A stretch of DNA of 32,768 bases from positions 1 through 32,768 of IMG/VR virus record IMGVR_UViG_3300046772_000032; one strand, written 5' to 3'. Numbering within the stretch: the first letter of the stretch is position 1; every line of letters starts with the position of its first letter. Positions 1 through 8,373 of this stretch are shown here, piece after piece. The notes under the pieces are model-generated. The model did not search any database. It saw nothing but the letters and a program-made list of their open reading frames with translations, and was not told where the DNA came from. This DNA is from a virus. Its lineage: Duplodnaviria; Caudoviricetes. A program made the translations under genes and the position numbers.

Positions 1-607
1 CCCAGCCAATGTATTTCTTCGTCTTATCCGAGCGATCTTGTAAGCCGTGAGTACCACCATTAATTTTCTTAGTAAGGGATAGTATCGCAGCATCTGTCAC
101 TCCTTGATCGCAGATTGCCCATAGTTTATTTCGTTCGAAGAAAAACATTGCAGACTCAAATGCCAATTCTGTGGCAACAAGGTCTGGATTGCTCATTACA
201 TCTGGACGCTTACAATAATCAGCAAATGCTTTATAATTGTCGCGACCAGTCAATTGTAACGCACCACGTCCACGATATCTCCAACCATCGCCAGAAGATT
301 CTGGACCATTACCCATGCGCGACGCATAAACACGATTTGCAATCGCTTCTGGTTTGCGTTCGTATTTGGCAGCAGTTGCAGCATCTGGGAAATACTTCTT
401 AAAGATTCCCATTAAACCCTTTGCATTATAATTTAGATTTTCAGAAAAGGCTTTGAATCCACCTGTTTCGTGGGCTGTTTGAGCAAAGAAATGAGCAGCG
501 CGCACAGGGGACAGTTTATAAAATGCCATTGCGGCTTTAAATGTTCCTGGACCCCATGCACCGTCTGCTGTGATTCCAATTTTTGTCTGTAAACTCTTAA
601 GACTCAT
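1..607 (-). CDS. GH19 (chitinase-like) endolysin with a short N-terminal peptidoglycan-binding-like motif; 3' end runs off the window
   Basis: Not in the ORF track; translated by hand from the ATG at 607: MSLKSLQTKIGITADGAWGPGT...AHFFAQTAHETGGF...ENLNY...ANRVYASRMGNG...GDGWRYRGRGALQLTGRDNY...TKKINGGTHGLQDR. These are the GH19 phage lysozyme motifs. GAGG RBS upstream. Confidence 0.92.
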   Translation of the reverse strand, partial: MSLKSLQTKIGITADGAWGPGTFKAAMAFYKLSPVRAAHFFAQTAHETGGFKAFSENLNYNAKGLMGIFKKYFPDAATAAKYERKPEAIANRVYASRMGNGPESSGDGWRYRGRGALQLTGRDNYKAFADYCKRPDVMSNPDLVATELAFESAMFFFERNKLWAICDQGVTDAAILSLTKKINGGTHGLQDRSDKTKKYIGW

Positions 608-615
608 GACTCACC

Positions 616-963
616 TCAAGCAATGTGATCTTCAACCTCATCAACAACGTCTTTCACAGGCTCTGGAAGTAGATCTTCTGCCTTTGGCTCTTCTGGTGTT
701 GGTGCTTTTGGTTCTTCTGGTTTCTTGTCGTCCTTACCAAGCATAATGCCTGATAGAATACCAGTCAAGAATGTTGCGATTGGAGTGATGAGTTCAAAGA
801 ACTTCGCATCATTTGGTGACTGCTGCATTGGCTGCGTCACAAAGATGAGTGAGTATAGAACTACGAACACAATTCCTGTAAGTGTGAAAGCAAGAGAAAG
901 ACCGACTGTAAACTTGAGTCGTGCCATCAATTCACTTTCTGTATATCTTGGACCCTTTAGCAT
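616..963 (-). CDS. Two-transmembrane-helix protein, holin candidate
   Basis: Two hydrophobic segments (FTVGLSLAFTLTGIVFVVLYSLIFV; LITPIATFLTGILSGIML), a charged Pro/Glu tail, and a position directly upstream of the endolysin. The holin role is inferred. Confidence 0.55.
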   Translation of the reverse strand: MLKGPRYTESELMARLKFTVGLSLAFTLTGIVFVVLYSLIFVTQPMQQSPNDAKFFELITPIATFLTGILSGIMLGKDDKKPEEPKAPTPEEPKAEDLLPEPVKDVVDEVEDHIA

Positions 964-965
964 AA

Positions 966-1217
966 TTACTCTCCTGTGTTTTCCTCTGTATTATCTACTT
1001 CTGCAGTTGGTGCTGCAGGCACTTCTTCGACTGTTGGGGCTTCTGTTTGTTTCGGTGGCAATCCATTTAAACTATCGTAACACATTCCATCACCTTCACA
1101 GGCTGGACGATTACATTCTTCTTTATCCTTATTTGCAGGATCCTGACATGGATATCTATATGTATCTTCACATGCAACTAATAACAAAGCAGTCAAAACT
1201 AAAAATGCTGCTTTCAT
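966..1217 (-). CDS. Lipoprotein (spanin-like candidate)
   Basis: MKAAFLVLTALLLVA-C signal with a lipobox, four further Cys residues, and an acidic Pro-rich tail; adjacent to the lysis genes. Confidence 0.7.
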   Translation of the reverse strand: MKAAFLVLTALLLVACEDTYRYPCQDPANKDKEECNRPACEGDGMCYDSLNGLPPKQTEAPTVEEVPAAPTAEVDNTEENTGE

Positions 1218-1220
1218 TGT

Positions 1221-1568
1221 CTACCTCTTTCCGTATTTTAAATATACCATTGCACCTGTCAATTCATCCTCAATAATAATTGGCGCATCCCTATTTTCTT
1301 TTGCATATTGGCGGATGGCTTCGCCGATTTCATCGCGTCCAACATAACTTGAATAATGCTCAAACTTCTTTTTACCAAGTTTGGCTTTATTAAATGCATC
1401 AGAAGAAACAACAAAGACCTCTTTTCCAGCAAACTTCTTACGGCGAAGCATTTTACCCTTTGTTGTAACACCCTTTGGAACTGGTGGAATATCTGGTTCA
1501 AGACCAGCAATCTGTCCGCTACCAACAGTGTTTACAATTTCTTCTTTAATTTTTCGAATCTTTTTCAT
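1221..1568 (-). CDS. Hypothetical T4-like phage protein, possibly virion-associated
   Basis: 115 aa ORF tiling with its neighbours; N-terminal IKEE followed by NTVGSGQIAG, a pattern I recall from T4-like head-associated proteins. Confidence 0.6.
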   Translation of the reverse strand: MKKIRKIKEEIVNTVGSGQIAGLEPDIPPVPKGVTTKGKMLRRKKFAGKEVFVVSSDAFNKAKLGKKKFEHYSSYVGRDEIGEAIRQYAKENRDAPIIIEDELTGAMVYLKYGKR

Positions 1569-1613
1569 TGACTTTTGTTTGACTTCTCTATAGAATAACT
1601 ATGTCGGCTTTGA

Positions 1614-2003
1614 TCAAATCTGTCTTAAGATACTTACAAGTTTTAGATCTAACTGAATATCACTTGAAATAATATCTTCGCCACGAATTCCTTTTACAAT
1701 GTTTGGCATCGCAGAAGTGTAAACCAAGAATGTTTTGAGTGCGCTATAATCGCGGCGATCAACTCTTGTAAAGAGCATTCTTGTACTTCCTTCAACACCA
1801 AATACATTCTGTATAATCACTAAATGATTTAATAACAATCGTTCTTTTATTTTACCTGACAATCGATATCGATTTAATAATCGTTTGATATATCGAATTC
1901 GTTTGTAATCTTCATCAAATTCACTATCAATACAGTTTGGCTTATCATAGCACTTGGCTGCATATAACAATATATTTGAATCATTCAGTTCATCAAAAAA
2001 CAT
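1614..2003 (-). CDS. Conserved hypothetical protein of T4-like (cyanophage-type) myoviruses
   Basis: FDELNDSNILLYAAKCY...EDYKRIRYIKRLLNRY...ERLLLNHL pattern, recognised from memory. Confidence 0.7.
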   Translation of the reverse strand: MFFDELNDSNILLYAAKCYDKPNCIDSEFDEDYKRIRYIKRLLNRYRLSGKIKERLLLNHLVIIQNVFGVEGSTRMLFTRVDRRDYSALKTFLVYTSAMPNIVKGIRGEDIISSDIQLDLKLVSILRQI

Positions 2004-2006
2004 AGA

Positions 2007-2471
2007 TTATGTGTATTCGTTATCGTTTCCTGAATCATCATCGCGTTTTGCATACCACGTTGATGGGCGCATTTTAATCTCATCATCCTCTTTGTCAAGA
2101 AGATCTTCTGAGTCTGCGCTCATTAAATCCTTGAGTTCTTCTGCACTTACGATCTGTGCATAACCGTCAACAAATCCTTCATCGTTTGTATCGTATACAA
2201 CATAAAGGTGGAGATTTGATTCGCCAAGAAGGTAAACTAGTTCTGCACCGAGATCTAGAAACTGTGGAGTAGCAGAGGCTGGAAGAAGAATCCCATATCG
2301 CTCTAACGTTCCGCGCAGTTGATTTAAAAAGATCGGAGCATTTTGATATGGCTTCTCAGTGAGAGCATCTAGATCTGCATTGATTGATTCGGCGTTTTGT
2401 TCAACATTACGCGCATCAACATCAAGCATCTCATCAAATTGTTCTTTGATATACTCATTGAACTTTAACAT
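2007..2471 (-). CDS. Acidic hypothetical protein with a capsid-targeting-like N-terminus
   Basis: Begins MLKFNEYIKE, similar to the T4 internal-protein capsid targeting sequence MKTYQEFIAE. Confidence 0.6.
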   Translation of the reverse strand: MLKFNEYIKEQFDEMLDVDARNVEQNAESINADLDALTEKPYQNAPIFLNQLRGTLERYGILLPASATPQFLDLGAELVYLLGESNLHLYVVYDTNDEGFVDGYAQIVSAEELKDLMSADSEDLLDKEDDEIKMRPSTWYAKRDDDSGNDNEYT

Positions 2472-2889
2472 CAGTCTTCACCTCTGGTTCTTTGTTGATC
2501 TTATTCTTTTGACCTTTTACAAGATCAATTGCTTTTTGAGCAGCAGATGTTTGCTTTTCTTTAATGCGCTCTTTACGAGCAGCAAGAGTTCCTGCTTGCT
2601 TCTTACCCATCTTCTGGGCTTTTGTTTGTGCGTCGAATTTTGCTTGAGCAGCCTTCACGTATGGCTTCATTTCTTCGTTCATTTCGCCTTCCATATAGTT
2701 AGCAGCGGTTGAGATATAATCTTCAGCGAGAGTAATCTTGCTCTGCACCCATTCAGGAAGATTTGTATTTTCTTCAAGCATGTCGTGCATGCGCTTTGCA
2801 TTTGCCATAATGCTGCGAAGCTGAGACTTTGCCATGTCGCCTTCGTAATCGTATTCACCCTGATCTGCAGGAGATAAATTATTCGCCAT
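2455..2889 (-). CDS. Hypothetical protein with a small helical module, putative internal head protein
   Basis: EGDMAKSQLRSI...LPEWVQSKITLAEDYI module, then MNEE and a Lys-rich tail; overlaps both neighbours. Confidence 0.65.
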   Translation of the reverse strand: MANNLSPADQGEYDYEGDMAKSQLRSIMANAKRMHDMLEENTNLPEWVQSKITLAEDYISTAANYMEGEMNEEMKPYVKAAQAKFDAQTKAQKMGKKQAGTLAARKERIKEKQTSAAQKAIDLVKGQKNKINKEPEVKTDVKVQ

Positions 2890-4438
2890 CTTTCTTCTCC
2901 ATTTTTTGCGCTAACTTCTTGCGAATTGCATTTCCAATTGCCTTACGCTTTGAGTGTAGATAGACATCTGTCTTATCTGAATCACCATCATTATCAATAT
3001 CTTTATCTTCACGACCGACTGGATCCATTCCTTCACCGAGTTTCTTTCCTGCAGCAGCCGCAGCCTGAAACTTTTCTTTTCCATACTTCTTGCGACCAAT
3101 TGCAGCAGCAACAGCGGCAGGATCGCGAGCACCACCCTTCTTTGCTGATGCCATTACTGCCTTGAAGCCCATGTACTTTTCTTCGACTTGCTCGACTTCT
3201 TCTTTCTTCAACTCTTTCGCACGACGCTCTGATGCTGGCATTTCTTGATCCTGTTTTCTTTGTAATTCGGCAGCACGCTTATCTGATGCTGGGACTTGAC
3301 CTGTTGCACCGATGTCCTGTAGACGTTGAGCCAGTGCTGGACGTTCTTTAGCAAGTTGTGCTACTGACTTTGTTGTATCAGTGTGTGCTTTTGCTCCCAT
3401 TGAAGCCAATGACATTGCACCAACTGCGAGCGCTTTTGCAATTTTGCCTTCTTCGAGTTCGACTTCTTCGCCCATCTGAACTAGACTTCTGCTCACATCG
3501 CCGATTTTCTTTTTTGTTTTTGCTGTATCCAAACCGTATTTCTTTTGGTGAGTATGCATTGCATTGAGATATTTTAAATGCGTTTTCAATTCTGTTTTGC
3601 CACCAACCATCGAACCTTTGTCCATAGATTGAATTTTTTGCATATCAGAGGCTTGGTCTTCGTTTACTGACTCGACTTCTTCATTCTTCTTACCATATGC
3701 TTTCCATGCGGTTGCATAAGCAATTCCTTTTTCTTGTTTTGTTAAGCCGCCCTTTGCATATCCCTTCTTGATGTGCTTTACCATACGCTCAAACTTTGCG
3801 CCTGGAGGTGCTTTCTCATCGACTTGCTCAACTTCTTCATTCTTTGGTTTCTTTCCAGCCTTTTTCATAGCAATTGCGATTGCAGCCTGTTGTGCTGGAC
3901 TTGATGCTTCAGGTAATGTGCCCATACCCTTCTTCATTGCTTTGCGAGCAAGACCACGAACATAGCGATATCCTGCTGGTTGCTTTCCTGGAGGCATCTT
4001 TGGTTTTGCTTTTACTGGACCACCGAGTGCTGCCTCTGCTTCTTTCTTAGTGGCTTCTTCTACAACTTCTTCGTTTGTATAGCGAACAAGAGCAACTTTT
4101 GGATTCACTCCTGCTTTAATCCCCTTGATAATTTGTTTGGCTGATCCTTGATCAACACCAACCATGGCACCTTGTCCGCCAGGACCAGCTGCGCCAACTG
4201 GTGATCTTCCACCCTTTTCATAATATCCTTTCTGACGAGCAGCATTAAGTGCGCGAATCGTTTCTGGCTTCGCAGCAACCTTCTTTCGTGGCTCAACTTT
4301 GACCTTCTTGGCTGCAGCAGCAGACTTCCCACCATCGTCAGTTTCTGACGGCATTTTCATATTGTTTTTCTTGTACCATGCCTTTTGAGCAGCCTTTGAC
4401 ATCTTGTGCAAGAGTGCTGGAACTTTTACGTCTGCCAT
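2879..4438 (-). CDS. Modular Lys/Ala-rich protein, putative internal head polyprotein
   Basis: 519 aa of basic modules separated by five EEV(E/V)xxxE linkers, with a C-terminal DKDIDNDGDSD Ca-binding-like loop. Confidence 0.7.
   Translation of the reverse strand: MADVKVPALLHKMSKAAQKAWYKKNNMKMPSETDDGGKSAAAAKKVKVEPRKKVAAKPETIRALNAARQKGYYEKGGRSPVGAAGPGGQGAMVGVDQGSAKQIIKGIKAGVNPKVALVRYTNEEVVEEATKKEAEAALGGPVKAKPKMPPGKQPAGYRYVRGLARKAMKKGMGTLPEASSPAQQAAIAIAMKKAGKKPKNEEVEQVDEKAPPGAKFERMVKHIKKGYAKGGLTKQEKGIAYATAWKAYGKKNEEVESVNEDQASDMQKIQSMDKGSMVGGKTELKTHLKYLNAMHTHQKKYGLDTAKTKKKIGDVSRSLVQMGEEVELEEGKIAKALAVGAMSLASMGAKAHTDTTKSVAQLAKERPALAQRLQDIGATGQVPASDKRAAELQRKQDQEMPASERRAKELKKEEVEQVEEKYMGFKAVMASAKKGGARDPAAVAAAIGRKKYGKEKFQAAAAAGKKLGEGMDPVGREDKDIDNDGDSDKTDVYLHSKRKAIGNAIRKKLAQKMEKKDGE
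3179..4072 (-). repeat. Five dispersed degenerate repeats encoding acidic EEV...E linkers
   Basis: 4055-4072 EEVVEE, 3815-3838 EEVEQVDE, 3659-3682 EEVESVNE, 3449-3469 EEVELEE, 3179-3202 EEVEQVEE; shared plus-strand core (g/a)acttcttc. Confidence 0.8.
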
Positions 4439-4708
4439 TTAGAATTCCTCAATCTTTATTTTTAGATCAGTTTTCCCACGTTTTATTCTATGAAAGGTTT
4501 TTGCGGGAATAAAAAACCGATCACCTATGTACAATCTTTTGGGAAGTCTCTCATCAAATTGAAATTCCCAACCATCACCTTCTAATACTGTAATATATCT
4601 ACCGCATTCGTCGCGGTGCCATGCCAATTCTTCAGTCAACACATCATGTTTAAATGTGCGAATGAACGACCAAGTATTTAGTTTTTCGTCTATGTATGGT
4701 TTATCCAT
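4439..4708 (-). CDS. Small cupin-fold protein
   Basis: WHRD...ITVLEGDGWEFQF...GDRFFIPAKTFHRI matches the two cupin motifs; the ATG at 4708 overlaps the upstream stop. Confidence 0.65.
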   Translation of the reverse strand: MDKPYIDEKLNTWSFIRTFKHDVLTEELAWHRDECGRYITVLEGDGWEFQFDERLPKRLYIGDRFFIPAKTFHRIKRGKTDLKIKIEEF

Positions 4709-7200
4709 TACCACCAAAGTTTGCCCGAGTTACTAAAAAATCTTGGATAACGACAAGCCCAATAGGAGGCTGAAGTCTTGTCCTTATTTGACATGCAATG
4801 GTGACGAGCAACAAAACTGCGAGTGGCTGCTGGATCGTTAAATTTCTTTGTCATTCCAGATTGACTGAAACGAACCTTTTTAACTCCACCGTCTCCAGTG
4901 CGAACATAAACTGCACCACCACCGCCTTCGCGCCATGGCTTGCCAATACCTTTGCCATCTGTCTTATCTTCTTCGTTTACAGGAACGCAATTAGGGACCA
5001 TTTTGTCACCCTTCTTCTTCATTCCCTTTTGAGTATATCCAGTCCAGCATTCCTCAAGACCTTCCTCAATTGGATAATCAAGAACGACTGCCTGACCTTC
5101 GTATTCTGCGATCTCACCGATATCTGAATTGAGCATATCAAGTTCAAATTCATCAGCAGGTGTATACTTACCTTCTTTATAGAGTTTCTTGGCTTCCGAG
5201 ATCATCTCAAAAAACATTTCAGATCCTGGACGGAAAACGTTTTCAGTGAAAGAGATTTGATTCTCAATATGATACTCAATTGCTTCTTTTACAGTCGTTG
5301 GTTTTTCTTTAATCTTGCGTAGTTCATAAGCACCACCCCAACTCTTTACACGCTCATATCCTGGTGGTACAGGATGACCGCCTGGAGGACCAGGAACTTG
5401 GCGTGGTGTTGGCATGAAATGTTTTAGTGGCTTCTTTTCTTCAACCTTAATCATTGATACTGTTGGGAGACCATCGAGCGTTGAACTGCGAAGATCTCCA
5501 GGAGTCATCTTTCCTTTCTTTGGTTTCTTCGTATTGATTGTTGGTGTTAGATCAACTGCTTCCTGAACATCTGGACAGCATTGCAATTCTGTCTCAAACA
5601 TCTCATCAATCTCTTCGCGAAGATCTTTATCTGCTGTGTGATAAGTCTTACCCTTGTTGATGTAAGAGTTTACACGAGCATGCCCCCACTGTTGTGGTGT
5701 TGTTCCTGGACGGTGACCAGAGTTCCATGCAGCAACTCCGCGATTGTAAACCTTGCGGAGAGTTGAGAGTGAAATACCAGATTTGGCTGCTTTTGCAGAA
5801 AGTGAATTATCTGCAGCTGCTTCTTCAATTTTATTTTCTTTTTGGCGTTCTTTGACTGCTGTGATGTTTCCAGATCGTGCGATGTGGCGCAACTTCTTTG
5901 GTAAGGCTTCTGCTTCGTCCATCATCTTACGAACAGCCAATGTGTGTTTGCTTGGCTTCGTTTTTGCAGTCTTATCTCCAGGAGCAGGTTCATATGCTCT
6001 TGGATCTTTATCAGAATACTTGCTCATCTTTTTCCAATGAGTCTTACGTGCCTTTGCAGTTGATGAACTTAATCCTGCAACATACTTCTTTGGGAGTCCA
6101 GATTCCTTATCTTTTGCGACTGCGGGAAATCTTTTTTCGCGAAGCAGAGTAAAAGCCTTTGGCTGTGATTCCTCTTGAATCTCTAATCCGTGGTCAACAA
6201 CTCTTGCAAGAAGTTTTTCAATCTGCGCACCGAAGAAAACCTTTTCCATGTCTGAAGACTCGTTTAGATTGATTGAGTTATTAAAGACAAAACAATCTAG
6301 TTCTTCGGCTAACTTTTCTGCGCGATACCACTTCTCAAGTCTCTTTTGCTCAGAGAGTGGAATGTCTCGTGCGTCATTTCTTTCGCGGCTTACTTTGTTT
6401 GAGACAGAAACATAAACATGGTCAAATGTATAACCCTCAAGCATTGATTGGACAACTTGAATCTTCTCTAAATCTGCTGCGCCATTGATCACAACATTTT
6501 GATTGTTTTCAAATAACTCAGAGGCAGTGCCATTGAGAATTTGATCAATCTGAACTTCCATTAAATCAAAACGAGAAAAGATGTTCTTAAGAACATAATC
6601 TTTTCCACTTCCTGGACCACCAAGAAGAAAGATTCCAAGAGGAGCTGTTACATTTTCGTTCATTGCTTTTTTTACCTTATCATGTAGTTTTGCGCCAAGT
6701 TCTTTGTCGCTGTAATGAGAAATAAATTCATCGCGTTTTCCTGCTGCTACAAGACCACGGAGTTTTGAGGCTGACATGCCTTCTGCTCCAGTTGCATCAG
6801 GATCGCGATGTCCTGCTGATTTTACTTCAACTTTTTTGATTCCTGGAAATTCTTTCTTTCTGTATTTATTGAGCAGAGAATCAAACTCTCTGACACGATC
6901 GGAGCCAACAACCATTGTCACATGAGTGTGCCCTTGTTTCTCAAGATGTTTCATTGCATCAATTGCTGTGCGCACTTTTTTCTCTGACACCACATTTGCG
7001 TCTGGAAATAATCTACGCATTGCACCCACTTTCTCATTATGAGTTAATGGATTGTTATTTTTGTCTTGGCTATGTGATGGGAAAATATAATGCTTTCCAC
7101 CAGCACCCTCAGCATGAGACTGGACTGCAGAAACTAACTTACCATGTCCAGTTTCAGTTGGTGGATTAAAACGTCCAAATGTAAATGTTGCTTTGCTCAT
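4708..7200 (-). CDS. Multidomain protein: N-terminal HIGH-class (cytidyltransferase-like) nucleotidyltransferase, P-loop kinase, and a string of small C-terminal modules
   Basis: TFGRFNPPTETGHGKL, MVVGSDR and GMSASKLR (phage cytidyltransferase family); FLLGGPGSGKD Walker A with a VSRERNDAR lid; later modules include VYNRGVAAW..GHRPG..PQQWGHARVN, CWTGY...KMVPNCVP and KKVRF...RSFVARHHC...SASYWAC. Confidence 0.8.
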   Translation of the reverse strand: MSKATFTFGRFNPPTETGHGKLVSAVQSHAEGAGGKHYIFPSHSQDKNNNPLTHNEKVGAMRRLFPDANVVSEKKVRTAIDAMKHLEKQGHTHVTMVVGSDRVREFDSLLNKYRKKEFPGIKKVEVKSAGHRDPDATGAEGMSASKLRGLVAAGKRDEFISHYSDKELGAKLHDKVKKAMNENVTAPLGIFLLGGPGSGKDYVLKNIFSRFDLMEVQIDQILNGTASELFENNQNVVINGAADLEKIQVVQSMLEGYTFDHVYVSVSNKVSRERNDARDIPLSEQKRLEKWYRAEKLAEELDCFVFNNSINLNESSDMEKVFFGAQIEKLLARVVDHGLEIQEESQPKAFTLLREKRFPAVAKDKESGLPKKYVAGLSSSTAKARKTHWKKMSKYSDKDPRAYEPAPGDKTAKTKPSKHTLAVRKMMDEAEALPKKLRHIARSGNITAVKERQKENKIEEAAADNSLSAKAAKSGISLSTLRKVYNRGVAAWNSGHRPGTTPQQWGHARVNSYINKGKTYHTADKDLREEIDEMFETELQCCPDVQEAVDLTPTINTKKPKKGKMTPGDLRSSTLDGLPTVSMIKVEEKKPLKHFMPTPRQVPGPPGGHPVPPGYERVKSWGGAYELRKIKEKPTTVKEAIEYHIENQISFTENVFRPGSEMFFEMISEAKKLYKEGKYTPADEFELDMLNSDIGEIAEYEGQAVVLDYPIEEGLEECWTGYTQKGMKKKGDKMVPNCVPVNEEDKTDGKGIGKPWREGGGGAVYVRTGDGGVKKVRFSQSGMTKKFNDPAATRSFVARHHCMSNKDKTSASYWACRYPRFFSNSGKLWW

Positions 7201-8339
7201 ATTACACTCTTCTGTGCTCTTAATGCTGCAGAACGTTGGCGATTTGCGATTGTAAATTTACGAGGAACAAGTTTAACACCACCAGAAACAAATCCCTCAC
7301 CTGTTGCTTCCTCGCTACCAATATGGTGCTTATATCCACCATGCGCTGTTTTAGAAAGTGCATCAGCAACTGCAGAAGTTGCTTGTTGAACGTGATGATG
7401 AATGTCAAAGGTGCGATCAAATTTCTCAATATTATCGTTCACTTGATTGATCGCAGAATCCATCTCAGATTTCTTTTGTGCTTTTGCTTTTTCTGTTTTG
7501 ACAGAATCGATGCGTTTCTGATGATACTTCTCAAGGAACTTTTTATATCCTTTTACAGATGGTTTCTCACCAGTATCAACTGTTGAGTTTGCATAGCGCA
7601 AGAGTGTTTCTTCATGCCCAACATGATGTTCTGTGGAATGACCTTTTGCAAGTTTCTTCGCATTGGCAATATGTTCTACTGCTTTTTTCTTTGCCTCTGG
7701 AGACAACTTTCTTTCTTCAGAAGAGACGACATGACTCATGAGGTGAACATCTGGATGTTCGTTAAACTCACCTTCTGGAACTGGTGAGGCTTCACCCTTT
7801 TCGTTCAATTTAGAATGAATGACAACACTTACTTTAGAGCGAGCAAGTTTCTTTCCTTCTTCTGAACTCTTTGGAACAGAGTATTTGATAGTGTTTGGAG
7901 TGTGGCTAATATGCCCATCTTCTTCTTTTCGATCTTCAGGAGAACTTAAATATCCACCCTGATATTCTCCTGCCTTATCTGGGAGGACTTTATGAACATG
8001 TTTGAGAATGTTCATAAGAGGTCCAGCCACATAAGGTTTTTTGGCGTATTGTTTCTTTACGTCCTCTAGAGAATAATTGTATTCTGCTCCAGGACCTTTG
8101 TATTTGACGCCGACTTTTCCTTCTGGCGTCTTTACAACTTGGAAAGACATGCGATCGTCGATCTTTCGAGTGATCGGAGCACGACCGCTAACAACGCCTT
8201 GGATTTTGGAGAGAGCCGAACCTACCGCACCGCGACTACTTTGAAATGCAGATTCGGAAGGATGCGGTAGGTGTTGGATTCCGCGAACTGGCTTTTTCTG
8301 TTCTGTAAGAAACGGAATATACTGCTTGAATCCAAACAT
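7197..8339 (-). CDS. Conserved T4-like protein with degenerate ATP-dependent ligase/nucleotidyltransferase motifs (DUF6267-like, from recall)
   Basis: HLPH, ITRKIDD (KxDG-like), EYQGG, TPNTIKY, GEGFV and VKLV motifs; translationally coupled to the cytidyltransferase gene. Confidence 0.6.
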   Translation of the reverse strand: MFGFKQYIPFLTEQKKPVRGIQHLPHPSESAFQSSRGAVGSALSKIQGVVSGRAPITRKIDDRMSFQVVKTPEGKVGVKYKGPGAEYNYSLEDVKKQYAKKPYVAGPLMNILKHVHKVLPDKAGEYQGGYLSSPEDRKEEDGHISHTPNTIKYSVPKSSEEGKKLARSKVSVVIHSKLNEKGEASPVPEGEFNEHPDVHLMSHVVSSEERKLSPEAKKKAVEHIANAKKLAKGHSTEHHVGHEETLLRYANSTVDTGEKPSVKGYKKFLEKYHQKRIDSVKTEKAKAQKKSEMDSAINQVNDNIEKFDRTFDIHHHVQQATSAVADALSKTAHGGYKHHIGSEEATGEGFVSGGVKLVPRKFTIANRQRSAALRAQKSVI

Positions 8340-8367
8340 TCTCTCTCCACACTGTGGGATTACCTTT

Positions 8368-8373
8368 TATTTA
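8368..8373 (-). promoter_or_regulatory. T4-type late promoter (TAAATA) for the head-protein cluster
   Basis: CTAAATA overlaps the stop codon of the epimerase/reductase gene, about 30 nt before the ATG at 8339, followed by a GGAGAG RBS. Confidence 0.6.
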
